Positions 52,018 to 64,000 of a stretch of 64,000 nucleotides of DNA are shown in pieces. Position 1 is the stretch's first letter. Each line of letters begins with the position of its first letter. Location of the stretch: NCBI GenBank assembly GCA_964016885.1, contig CAXHJY010000322.1, positions 1 through 64,000 of the forward strand, written 5' to 3'. The position numbers and the translations under genes are program-made. This stretch comes from Eledone cirrhosa (taxonomy: Eukaryota). A model generated the notes under the pieces. The model was given only the letters and a program-made list of their open reading frames with translations, had not been told where the DNA came from and searched no databases.

Positions 52018-54133
52018 ACTATTGTATTTTCACAGTAAACGCTTTACCTCACATAATATCTCACATAACATTTACTTTACTCTATATATACTATTGTATT
52101 TTCACAGTAAAGGCTTTACCTCACATAATACTTACTTTACTCTATATATACTATTGTATTTTCACAGTAAAGGTTTTACCTCACATAATACTTACTTTAC
52201 TCTATATATACTATTGTATTTTCACAGTAAAGGTTTTACCTCACATAACATGTACATTACTCTACATATACTATTGTATTTTCACAGTAAAGGCTTTACC
52301 TCACATAATATCTCACATAACATTTACATTACTCTATATATACTATTATATTTTCACAGCACACGTTTTACCTCACATAATACCTGACATAACATTTACA
52401 TTACTCTATAAATACTATTGTATTTTCACAGTAAAGGCTTTACCTCACATAACATTTACATTACTCTTTAGATATACTATTGTATTTTCACAGTAAAGGC
52501 TTTACCTCACATAATACTTACTTTACTCTATACATACTATTGTATTTTCACAGTAAAGGCTTTGCCTTACACCATATCTCACATAACATTTACATTACTC
52601 TATATATGCTATTGTATTTTCACAGTAAAGGCTTTACCTCCCATATCTCACATAACATTTACATTACTCTATATATGCTATTGTATTTTCACAGTAACGA
52701 CTTTACCTCACATAATATCTCACATAACATTTACATTACTCTATATATACTATTGTATTTTCACAGTAAAGGCTTTACCTCACATAATATCCCACATAAC
52801 ATTTACATTACTCTATATATACTATTGTATTTTCACAGTAAAGACTTTACCCCACATAATATTTACATTACTCTTTATAGATACTATTGTATTTTCACAG
52901 TAAAGGCTTTACCTCACATAATATCTCACATAATATTTACATTACTCTATATATACTATTTTATTTTCACAGTAAAGACTTTACCTCCCATATCTCACAT
53001 AACATTTACATTACTCTATATATGCTATTGTATTTTCGCAGTAAAGACTTTACCTCACATAATATCTCACATAACATTTACATTACTCTATATATATTAT
53101 TGTATTTTCACAGTAAAGTCTTTACCTCACATAATATCTTACATAACATTTACATTACTCTATATATACTATTGTATTTTCACAGTAAATGCTTTACCCC
53201 ACATAACATTTACATTACTCTTTATATATACTATTGTATTTTCACAGTAAAGGCGTTCCCTCACATAATATCTCACATAATATTTACATTACTCTATATA
53301 TACTATTGTATTTTCACTGTAAAGGCTTTACCTCACATAATATCTCACATAACATTTACATTACTCTCTATATACTATTGTATTTTCACAGTAAAGGCTT
53401 TACCTCACATAATACCTGACAACATTTACATTACTCTATATATACTATTGTATTTTCACAGTAAAGGCTTTACCTCACATAACATTTACATTACTCTATA
53501 TATACTATTATATTTTCACAGTAAAGGCTTTACTTCACATAATATCTCACACAACCTTTACATTACTCTATATATACTATTGTATTTTCACAGTAAAGGC
53601 TTTACCTCACATATCTCACATAACATTTACATTACTCTATATATACTATTGTATTTTCACAGTAAAGGCTTTACCTCACATAATATCTCACATTACTCTA
53701 TATATACTATGGTATTTTCACAGTAAAGGCTTTACCTTGCATAATATCTCGCACAACATTTACATTACTCTATATATACTATTGTATTTTCACAGTAAAG
53801 GCTTTAGCTTACATAATATCTCATATAACATTTACATTACTCTATATATACTATGGTATTTTCACAGTAAAGACTTTACCTCACATAATATCTCACATAA
53901 CATTTACATTACTCTATATATACTATTATATTTTCACAGTAAAGGCTTTAGCTTACATGATTATCTCACATAATATCGAATCTATGAGATTTTGATATTA
54001 TCTATTTTGAGAACAATACCTTAACTTAAGTATGAGCAGCCAGTTTGAACAGGAAGAGATGAGAGAATTCTGGCTGGATACTGCCGGTTTAAATGCTAAT
54101 GGCTTAATATTATTATTAAATTAATATTAATAA

Positions 54134-54927
54134 ATATTTCCTTTGAGCAGAAAACAAATAGTGTGTATGGGTAAAATGGCCATAGGATTTTTACCTAGAA
54201 GGTCCCCCTCCAAGGTACAAGTCTGGGCAAGGATGTTTGTGGAAGACCTGCAGTCAACTATGAATACCAGTCTCTCTTCTCCATGCCATCGATGGTGTCC
54301 AAGGGAAAAGCAAATAAATAAATAAATAAATATTCAAATCCCGCCGAGGTTGACTTTGCCTTTCATCCTTACGGGGTCGATAAAATAAAGTACCAGTAAT
54401 GCACTGGGTAATTGCTGGCCTTGTGCCTAAAGTAGAAACAATTATTATTTTGCCAATTTCAACATCTATTTAAAAGAAATACACCAAGATATCTGGAGTG
54501 CTTTATAGTGAAACTGTTTTTATTGTATTTTAGAAACATTTTTACAGAATATTTTAAATATTCTCAGTATTTACTGTTACATGGCTTAGTGGTTAGTGTT
54601 GGGCCTTTAATTGGGAGTTTGTGATTTTGAATCTCGCACCAGGTGGTGTGTTCTGTTCTTAAGCAAGACATGTTATTTCACATTGATCCAGTTTACTCAG
54701 CTTTAGAAATGAGTCAAGTCATCCCTGGGGCCAAGCTGTATTTGCCATTGCTTTTCCCTTGGACACCATCGATGGCATGGAGAAGAGAGACTGGTATTCA
54801 TAGTTGACTGCAGGTCTTCCACAAACATCCTTGCCCAGACTTGTACCTTGGAGGGGGACCTTCTAGGTAAAAATCCTATGGCCATTTTACCCATACACAC
54901 TATTTGTTTTCTGCTCAAAGGAAATAT
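54134..54927. repeat. 180-bp identical inverted repeat pair (54134-54313 / 54748-54927)
   Basis: Base-by-base reverse complement; identical peptides on opposite strands in the ORF track. Confidence 0.95.
54332..54448 (+). mobile_element. 5'-truncated core SINE
   Basis: ttcaaatcccgccgaggttgactttgcctttcatccttacggggtcgataaaataaagtaccag... Confidence 0.85.
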
Positions 54928-55107
54928 ACACAAATTTGAGAAACTTGTTGAAATTTTATAAAACTGATGAAATGGTAAAAGTTATTAAGTAATAGAGTTA
55001 GGAAATTATACTCTAGACGACACTTAAAACATTTTAGATATTAAATTATTAAAACTTCCTGAAAGCCTTCTTCACTGATGAGGATTTAGAAAAGCATCTA
55101 AACATGT

Positions 55108-55326
55108 TAAGCTGGGCAGTATTGGTAGAATATTGGACAACATGCTTTCAGGTATATAGTTTAAGGTCCTTTACATTCCGAAGGCAAATCCAACCAAAGC
55201 TAGCTTTACTTTTTACCTTTACGGGGTCAATAAAATAATGTACCAGTAATGCACTGGGGATAATTAAATAACTTTACCCTCCCGTCCAAATTGATGGCCT
55301 TGTGCCAAATGTAGAAACAATTATTA
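55108..55326 (+). mobile_element. Older core SINE copy
   Basis: ggcagtattggtaga...acggggtcaataaaataatgtaccagtaatgcactgggg...ggccttgtgccaaatgtagaaacaattatt. Confidence 0.75.
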
Positions 55327-56449
55327 GATCAAAGAATAATTCTAGTTAGTTTGTAAGCATTTAATATTTTTCTCAACTATATCTATTACATAAAACCAAA
55401 AATTGACTTCAATTAATTCTTAACGTAATAGGTTATTGTAATATTTTTTATATTACATTTTTCTGAATGCAGTGTCTCAATTTTGACTCTCTCTCTCTCT
55501 CTCTCAGCTCTGATTAATTTTGTGGCTACAAAACATTGGTTCTTAACTCTTTTTTCTTCTCAGCACTCCCAGATATTTTCCCATATTTTAAAATTGCTCT
55601 AGAGTAAGAACATTTCCTATATAAGGGGATTATTCGAGACCCTTGTGTATTAACTAAAGAAGTTTTACTTGTCCTTCAATCATATTTAAGGGACATAACT
55701 TGTTTCCTCAAATAAATGCCTATTTCATTTAGTTTTTATACGATGAAGTATTGGTAAATAATTACTATTTATTTTTATTACTTCTTTTGATATTAATCTT
55801 GATTTTTAATTGATTATTTTACCAACCTGGATAAAAGTTACTTTAAAAAAGCAACTAAAAAAAAATATTTTTTTTTTATTGAAATCTTAGATATTTTTCT
55901 TGGTTTGGGATTTAAATACATTTTCTATAAAATAATTCACTTTAAGTAGATTTTGAAAGCACTAAATGATGAAAAAAATGAAAGTTATGTAAATACATGG
56001 AAAAGACGTATCTAAATCTAGGACCAGAAAAAACAAAGCTAATCTTTCAACTAAGACTTTGTAAATTCATTGCTTCATTATTCCAGACTTTTTTCCAGGA
56101 TGGTAAAGAAAATAATAAGAAGCAAGTAAAAATTAAATTAAAGGTGACAGTTCACCCCCCCCCCCCCCCCCCCACCATTTCACTCATCACATTTCAATTC
56201 ACTCTTATAAAACAACCAAATATAGAAATTATTATTTCTATCTGTTCATGTTATTTAGTTGTAATTAGTCTCTCTTACATTTAATCTGTTAACGACAAGA
56301 TACTATTAATAATTATTTCTAATTTATGCAGTTATTAATTATTAGAGTTCATTAAAGCAAGAAAGGTTTATTACTTTAATGAGACATTTTTTTAAAATCT
56401 TATTTTTTAAAAGAATATATATATATATGTATTTTTTTTTGTTTTGTAG

Positions 56450-56602
56450 GTGTGGGAAATTGTTCCAGCAACCCTGATAATTCTCATTCTAATGGTAACT
56501 TTGCTGTGTCACAGTTCCGAACTAGAATTGGCAGCATTATGAGAAAATCAGCAAAAAATGTCACCAATGCTGAAAGTCTGGAAACCTTAAAATCAAACTT
56601 TT
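56450..56602 (+). CDS. DENND4: DENND4/CRAG exon (G-VGNCSS...FRTRIGSIMRKS...LKSNF)
   Basis: Long T tract + tag acceptor, T|gtaaat donor; phase 1/1 fits both neighbours; low sequence conservation. Confidence 0.75.
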
Positions 56603-56734
56603 GTAAATATAAAGTTTTTCACTATTACCAAATTCTTATGATAGTTTCTGTATCTCTATATAGGATGGTGGATTAGCAGTAAATGGTAGAGCATCAGACA
56701 AACTCTCTTGTGCTATTTATTTGGGCCTCTTCTA

Positions 56735-56930
56735 AGGATGGTGAATTGGCAGTAATCGGTAGAGCGTTGGACAATATTCTTTGTGGCATAGAGTTACGTC
56801 CCTTTACGTACTGGTATCAAATTGCCTTTTATCCTTACAAGGTCGATAAAATAAACTACCAGTAATACACTGGGGTCAATTTAATCAACTTTCCCCTCCC
56901 CAAAAATTATTGGCCTTGTGTCTAAATCAT
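56735..56930 (+). mobile_element. Core SINE copy
   Basis: ggatggtgaattggcagtaatcggtagagcg...gccttttatccttacaaggtcgataaaataaactaccagtaatacactgggg. Confidence 0.75.
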
Positions 56931-57433
56931 TTTCAATTAGAATATTTCTGTTTTCCTATTATTGTTTTCTCACCAGAGATGGACAGAAAAATATCATCAC
57001 CATCATCATCATTTTGTTCACTTTTTCATGTTAGCATGGGTTGGATAAGGCTTTCTGGGTAGTTTTTCTATAACCACATGCTCTTTCTGATTCCAACCTC
57101 TACTTTTTTTTTTTGTAAGTATGGTTTTTTGTTGTTGGCAGTGTTTTGGACCGGCACTCAGTGGGAGCACTTTTGTGTTGAGTGTTTAGTCCTTAAAGTT
57201 GTGGAGGAGTTGGGGGCAAAATTCCAGATATGGAATGAGGAAGAATTTAGAAATGATTGGCCCTTGGATGAAAAAAGGCAAGAACCTCAATGTTGCCAAT
57301 AAATAAGTTGACATAGTCAAGGTGGAGTGTAGGGCAGGGTGGGTGTAGGGCAGGCGTGTATTGATATTGATTTTATCCAATATGTCATCACATGATCCAG
57401 TATAATGATATTGATTTTTTTTGATTTTCACAG

Positions 57434-58597
57434 TTGGTAGTGCTGCTGGTGTGTTGATGGTCAGTGATTCATTTTTGAAGAATAACAACTTCAACTACAA
57501 CCTACATGAACTGGAATTGGAAGCCAAACGTAAGAGGCACAAGAGTGCTGGAGATAACCATTTAAAAACTCGTTCCAACAGCATGTTCTCTAATTGGAGA
57601 CCATCTTGGACCAGTGCAAATGCTTTCTCAATGCGTTTTTCTGACCTTACCAAGAAAGAGAAAGTTAGTGATTCCATTGAACAGAAAGTTGGAGAAATGT
57701 GTCTGATTGAGGACAGTGGAATTATTATAGATGAAGCTAATCAAACTGAGACAACACAACAGCCTCCCCCTAGTGAAAAACAGCCTATTGATGAAGCCAC
57801 TCCTACTGATGAAACTGATAGTAAATCAACCCCTAAAAGCCCCACAAAGAGTTCAATACCTTCGTCTTCTTCATTTAGTGCACCAATAACAGAAAATGAT
57901 CCTTTGGGTTTATTTGATAGTAATTTAAATGAAACTGAAACGAACAACAATTCTTCTCCTGTCTCCCCTCTAAAGTCCTCTAGTTCATTTTCTAAAAAAT
58001 TATCCCATCTCCAAAAGGTAAGTCCTGAAAGGGCATTGTTTGATATTCGGACTAACAGTTTCTGTGGCACATTACATGAAGAAGTAGGAGTAGATGGTGA
58101 AGATTTAGTGAATATACGCTATGACCCAGGTAATCGTAAACTTGGTGATCTGGGACGGACTAGTAGCTCTCCTGACTGTCTCGCAGATTCAGTCAAAGCT
58201 AATTTTGGTCAACAAACACCTAAAAAAAAATCTAAGATTTCTTCTACGTTGTCACTGGACGAAGCTGGAAAACTAGAGCGTTCACAGGACAGTAAGTTAC
58301 GACGAACTAACAGTCTTCGCCATCGTAACGAAATGTTTAGTGGCGTGTTGAAATCTGCATCTCTTGTATTGAATAAACTGAATGAATTGAAACAATCGAT
58401 CACTCAGCCTGGTAATTCTGGATCTAACCTCTCCCTGACTCCTTCTGAAGACAGAGATAGCGGCACAGGTGATGAAGACAACCATGATGGCCTCTCTGGT
58501 CTTAAAGAAAGAATGTCAGGAAGTTTGGATTTCCTCAGTCGAGCTGATAATTGCCTTAATGAAAATTTGATTGAAAACAGACGACAGTCTTCTCATG
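57434..58597 (+). CDS. DENND4: DENND4/CRAG large Ser-rich exon (GSAAGVLMVS..RKRHKS..ENDPLG..)
   Basis: ttttcacag acceptor, 1.16 kb non-repetitive open frame, CATG|gtttgt candidate donor; RKRHKS and DPL motifs as recalled for the DENND4 linker. Confidence 0.85.
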
Positions 58598-58980
58598 GTT
58601 TGTATTCAAGTTTAATTACTTTTACATATTTCCATTGTTGTCTATTGTGATTCCATTAACACTCATATAAAGACCTTCATCCTATAATCCCGTCCATTGA
58701 TAGTTGTTGGGACTGTCCATATGAAATGTTAGGAGTTGTATCAAAAGGGAATTCTTCTTCTCCACTGGTTTGTGTCTCTGCCTGTTCTGGTTCTGTTGTC
58801 CATATCAAAGTTAAATCTCCTTGTGTTATATTTAACCCCATCCTTCTATTTCAGGCTGGATCCACCTTGGTTTCTTATGCCACTAGACAGATGTGGGTTT
58901 AGTATTTCTCTGAGCAACCATCTTTCCCCCATTCTTTAGACAAATCCAAATATAACATTGTTAATGTTGTAAACTTATAT

Positions 58981-59289
58981 TTAACCATTTTGATACCAAA
59001 CTGCCTGAAACTGGTCTGGATTTGATACCAAACTGCTTGAAACTGGTCTGAATTTGATACCAAACTGCTTGAAACTGGTCTGAATTTGATACCAAACTGC
59101 TTGAAATTGCTCTGGAATTATGATACAAAATTGTTCATTTTAAAATGTTTACCCTTATATTAAAACCTTCCTTCCTAAGTTCATTTTAGAAATGTTTGTA
59201 AAGTAATGTTGTAAATATCACCTCGCTAATAACCTTGTTATTTATATTTATGGTAATGTAATGTTCTAAAAATCACCTCACTAATAACC

Positions 59290-59345
<56 letters not shown>

Positions 59346-59474
59346 TAATGTAATGTTCTAAATATCACCTCACTAATAACCTGGTTATTTCCTCCAAATT
59401 TTCTGTTATTTTCAAAATTAATTGAAAGACATAGGCAGTGCCTTACATTAGAAATACAGTAATGAAAGGGTTAA
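58981..59474 (-). mobile_element. TTAA-flanked MITE, with 32-bp x4 tandem repeat near one end and an internal (TA)n
   Basis: ttaa-ccattttgatacc...gtaatgaaaggg-ttaa; matches 40927-41368 in the opposite orientation. Confidence 0.6.
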
Positions 59475-59892
59475 TGTTTAGCTGGTCTTTGAAAAAGACA
59501 TGTCTTCCTTAAATTCCAGGTAAATCAAATATTTTAATTAACCTACATATTTTATTCTGGGACAATAAGTTGAATTTGAACACCAGAAGGAAGTGGTACT
59601 TTGTATTTAGTTTTGAGTTCAAATTCTACCTAAATTGATATTACTGTCTTTTTAACACTCCCTTCCTGATCTTAGTAATATATTTGATTTAGCTGTCTAT
59701 AACATTCTTTCCACCAGGGCCACGACTGAGGGTGGTGGGGTACTGTATGACACTCACTCTCAGTTTTCCACAATTTTAGAAAATATTCAGTGACATGTTT
59801 ATTCTGATTCCTGCTGTAGAATTATTACAAATTAGGGTCCACCAAGAATGTTCTAAGGTTCCTCTTCAGACAGTGATAGTTCTGTGTAACAA

Positions 59893-61767
59893 CCTCTTGG
59901 GTTACCTCCGTATCATGAAGGTTTCTCCTCTTGGGTTACCTCCGTATCATGAAGGTTTCTCCTCTTGGGTTACCTCCGTATCATGAAGGTTTCTCCTCTT
60001 GGGTTACCTCCATATCATGAAGGTTTCTCCTCTTGGGTTACCTCCGTATCATGAAGGTTGCTCCTCTTGGGTTACCTCCGTATCATGAAGGTTTCTCCTC
60101 TTGGGTTACCTCCGTATCATGAAGGTTTCTCCTCTTGGGTTACCTCCATATCATGAAGGTTGCTCCTCTTGGGTTACCTCTGTATCATGAAGGTTTCTCC
60201 TCTTGGGTTACCTCCGTATCATGAAGGTTTCTCCTCTTGGGTTACCTCCGTATCATGAAGGTTTCTCCTCTTGGGTTACCTCCGTATCATGAAGGTTTCT
60301 CCTCTTGGGTTACCTCCGTATCATGAAGGTTTCTCCTCTTGGGTTACCTCCATATCATGAAGGTTGCTCCTCTTGGGTTACCTCCGTATTATGAAGGTTT
60401 CTCCTCTTGGGTTACCTCCGTATCATGAAGGTTTCTCCTCTTGGGTTACCTCCGTATCATGAAGGTTTCTCCTCTTGGGTTACCTCCATATCATGAAGGT
60501 TTCTCCTCTTGGGTTACCTCCATATCATGAAGGTTGCTCCTCTTGGGTTACCTCCATATCATGAAGGTTGCTCCTCTTGGGTTACCTCCATATCATGAAG
60601 GTTTCTCCTCTTGGGTTACCTCCATATCATGAAGGTTTCTCCTCTTGGGTTACCTCCATATCATGAAGGTTGCTCCTCTTGGGTTACCTCCGTATCATGA
60701 AGGTTTCTCCTCTTGGGTTACCTCCGTATCATGAAGGTTTCTCCTCTTGGGTTACCTCCGTATCATGAAGGTTTCTCCTCTTGGGTTACCTCCGTATCAT
60801 GAAGGTTTCTCCTCTTGGGTTACCTCCGTATCATGAAGGTTTCTCCTCTTGGGTTACCTCCATATCATGAAGGTTTCTCCTCTTGGGTTACCTCCGTATC
60901 ATGAAGGTTGCTCCTCTTGGGTTACCTCCGTATCATGAAGGTTTCTCCTCTTGGGTTACCTCCGTATCATGAAGGTTTCTCCTCTTGGGTTACCTCCATA
61001 TCATGAAGGTTGCTCCTCTTGGGTTACCTCCATATCATGAAGGTTTCTCCTCTTGGGTTACCTCCATATCATGAAGGTTGCTCCTCTTGGGTTACCTCCA
61101 TATCATGAAGGTTGCTCCTCTTGGGTTACCTCCATATCATGAAGGTTGCTCCTCTTGGGTTACCTCCGTATCATGAAGGTTGCTCCTCTTGGGTTACCTC
61201 CATATCATGAAGGTTTCTCCTCTTGGGTTACCTCCGTATCATGAAGGTTGCTCCTCTTGGGTTACCTCCGTATCATGAAGGTTTCTCCTCTTGGGTTACC
61301 TCCGTATCATGAAGGTTGCTCCTCTTGGGTTACCTCCATATCATGAAGGTTTCTCCTCTTGGGTTACCTCCATATCATGAAGGTTGCTCCTCTTGGGTTA
61401 CCTCCGTATCATGAAGGTTGCTCCTCTTGGGTTACCTCCGTATCATGAAGGTTTCTCCTCTTGGGTTACCTCCGTATCATGAAGGTTTCTCCTCTTGGGT
61501 TACCTCCGTATCATGAAGGTTGCTCCTCTTGGGTTACCTCCGTATCATGAAGGTTTCTCCTCTTGGGTTACCTCCGTATCATGAAGGTTTCTCCTCTTGG
61601 GTTACCTCCATATCATGAAGGTTTCTCCTCTTGGGTTACCTCCGTATCATGAAGGTTGCTCCTCTTGGGTTACCTCCGTATCATGAAGGTTTCTCCTCTT
61701 GGGTTACCTCCGTATCATGAAGGTTTCTCCTCTTGGGTTACCTCCATATCATGAAGGTTGCTCCTCT
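59893..61767. repeat. 34-bp minisatellite, ~55 copies (CCTCTTGGGTTACCTCCRTATCATGAAGGTTKCT)
   Basis: 34-nt period; two recurrently variable positions. Confidence 0.98.
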
Positions 61768-61903
61768 CTCACCCTTCTACTCTTGTTGTATGTTTCAACC
61801 TAATTGAAGAATGAAATAGAAATGTCTTGTTATATAATAAACTATTTTAAATATTCTTCATGTATATATAATTATAATCTTTTCCCTGAGATTGTTGTTA
61901 AGG

Positions 61904-62040
61904 GCAGAGTCGTGAAACACTCCTTCAGTGGGTCCTGTCAGAAGCAACCATCTCCAACTGATCCAGCTGGATTTCCAAGCGAGACCATCCAAGCTCATGA
62001 ATGTTATCCAACCATCTTGGGGTCTAACTCTGGGTCTCCT
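61904..62040 (-). mobile_element. Decayed RTE-type LINE 3' fragment
   Basis: Similar to 24165-24305 and 37495-37620. Confidence 0.6.
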
Positions 62041-62557
62041 ACCTTAATCCTACATTATTTAATTTTAGAGATATTTCTTCTTAAATCCTAAATTACTATC
62101 ATTGATTTCATTTTTTTGTCAACATTTCCAGCCTAGCATGGGTTGGACGGGACTTGTTGAGGCAATGTTTTAGAGCTAGATGCCCTTCTTGACACTAATC
62201 TAGTCAGTTCTACGGTAACAACATGCAGGGATATATATTAAATGAGAAATTACATTCAAATTGTTAGTTTTTATTTTAGTATGAGGTAAAGAACATGTTA
62301 ATTCTATTACAAATATGTGTTTGTGTGTATGCATGTGTGTATATATTTGTGGTTTGTGTGTGTGTGTTTATATGTATGTTTCCTTGCCACTTGGATTAGT
62401 TACCTCCCTTGTCTCCCATATTGATCTCTCTCCCGCATCCCCGATGTTAACGTCATTAGTTACCTCCCCTGCCTCCCATATTGAGATCCCTCCCTTTCAG
62501 TTATCTTCAAACTACGAGAATAATAGTTTTTCAGTTCACTACATTTCATGTGTGAAT

Positions 62558-62613
62558 CTCTCTCTCACACACACACACACACACACTAGCTCTCTCTCAC
62601 ACACACACACTAG

Positions 62614-62648
<35 letters not shown>

Positions 62649-62651
62649 TAG

Positions 62652-62684
<33 letters not shown>

Positions 62685-62773
62685 ACTAGCTCTCTCTCTC
62701 ACACACACACACACTAGCTCTCTCACACACACACACACACACTAGCTCTCTCTCACACACACACACACACTAG

Positions 62774-62805
<32 letters not shown>

Positions 62806-62863
62806 AGCTCTCTCACACACACACACACACACTAGCTCTCTCTCACACACACACACACACTAG

Positions 62864-62900
<37 letters not shown>

Positions 62901-62931
62901 ACTAGCTCTCTCTCTCACACACACACACTAG

Positions 62932-62968
<37 letters not shown>

Positions 62969-64000
62969 ACTAGCTCTCTCTCTCACATACACACTATCTC
63001 TCTCTCACACATACACACACACTAGCTCTCTCACACATACACACACACTAGCTCTCTCACACATACACACACACTAGCTCTCTCACACACACACTAGCTC
63101 TCACACACACACATACTAGCTCTCTGACACATACACACACACTAGCTCTCACACATACACACACACACTAGCTCTCTCACACACACACACACTATCTCTC
63201 TCTCACACACACAGTATCTCTCTCACACACACACTATCGCTCTCTCACACACACATACACACACACACACACACACTATCTCTCTCACACACACACTCTC
63301 TCACACACACACACTATATCTCTCTCACACACACACTATATCTCTCTCACACACACACACTATATCTCTCTCACACACACACACTATATCTCTCTCACAC
63401 ACACACACTATATCTCTCTCACACACACACACACTATCTCTCTCACACACACTATCTCTCTCTCTCACACACACACACTATCTCTCTGTCACACGCACTA
63501 TCTCTCTCTCACATACTCACTATCTCTCTCTCATACACACTATCTCTCTCACACACACTATCTCTCTCTCACACACTCACTATCTCTCTCTCACACACTC
63601 ACTATCTCTCTCACACACTCACTATCTCTCTCACACACTCACTATCTCTCTCACACACTCACTATCTCTCTCTCACACACTCACTATCTCTCTCACACAC
63701 TCACTATCTCTCTCTCACACACACTATCTCTCTCTCACACACACACTATCTCTCTCACACACACACTCTCTCTCTCTCACACACTCACTATCTCTCTCTC
63801 ACACACACACTATCTCTCTCTCACACACACACTATCTCTCTCACACACTCACACAATCTCTCTCACACACTCACACACTATCTCTCTCTCACACACTCAC
63901 ACACTATCTCTCTCTCACACACACTATCTCTCTCTCACACACACTATCTCTCTCTCACACACACTATCTCTCTCACACACACACTATCTCTCTCACACAC
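62558..64000. repeat. Compound microsatellite (CA)n-CTAG/CTAT-(CT)n
   Basis: Direct inspection; runs off the right edge. Confidence 0.97.

Larger units (their letters stand above)
48482..53975. repeat. 72-bp satellite (with 60- and 69-bp variants), interrupted by two RTE LINEs
   Basis: TATTGTATTTTCACAGTAAAGGCTTTACCTCACATAATATCTCACATAACATTTACATTACTCTATATATAC. Confidence 0.97.

Noticed and set aside
48561-53973. Hydrophobic repeat ORFs (TVKALPHIISHITFTLLYIYYCIF) as a membrane protein
   Set aside because: These are translations of the 72-bp satellite, interrupted by LINEs and frameshifts
48482-53975. Recursive splice sites in the 72-bp unit
   Set aside because: The sequence is CAG|TAA, not the AG|GT juxtaposition required

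Overview
This is eukaryotic (animal) genomic DNA. The repeat complement (tRNA-derived core SINEs, RTE LINEs with (GAT)n tails, (TA)n tracts) suggests a cephalopod/octopus-type mollusc genome, which is an inference. The window lies inside one + strand gene, a DENND4/CRAG (Rab GEF, 'c-myc promoter-binding protein') orthologue. Nine phase-compatible GT-AG exons are visible between 24018 and 58597, covering the region after the dDENN domain, the PPR-like motif and the low-complexity C-terminal linker. The introns are inflated by unrelated tandem arrays (53, 21, ~18, 61, 72 and 34 bp units plus a compound CA/CT microsatellite) and carry RTE and CR1-like LINE fragments, SINEs and a TTAA-flanked MITE family. 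The most striking structure is a ~3 kb intronic cluster (42.7-45.9 kb) of (TA)n-separated fold-back modules. Several contain complete minimal type I hammerhead ribozyme motifs, in two cases one copy on each arm, as expected for Penelope-like retroelement termini. All long repetitive ORFs in the ORF track are satellite artefacts. Coordinates were read by eye and copy numbers are length divided by unit estimates.
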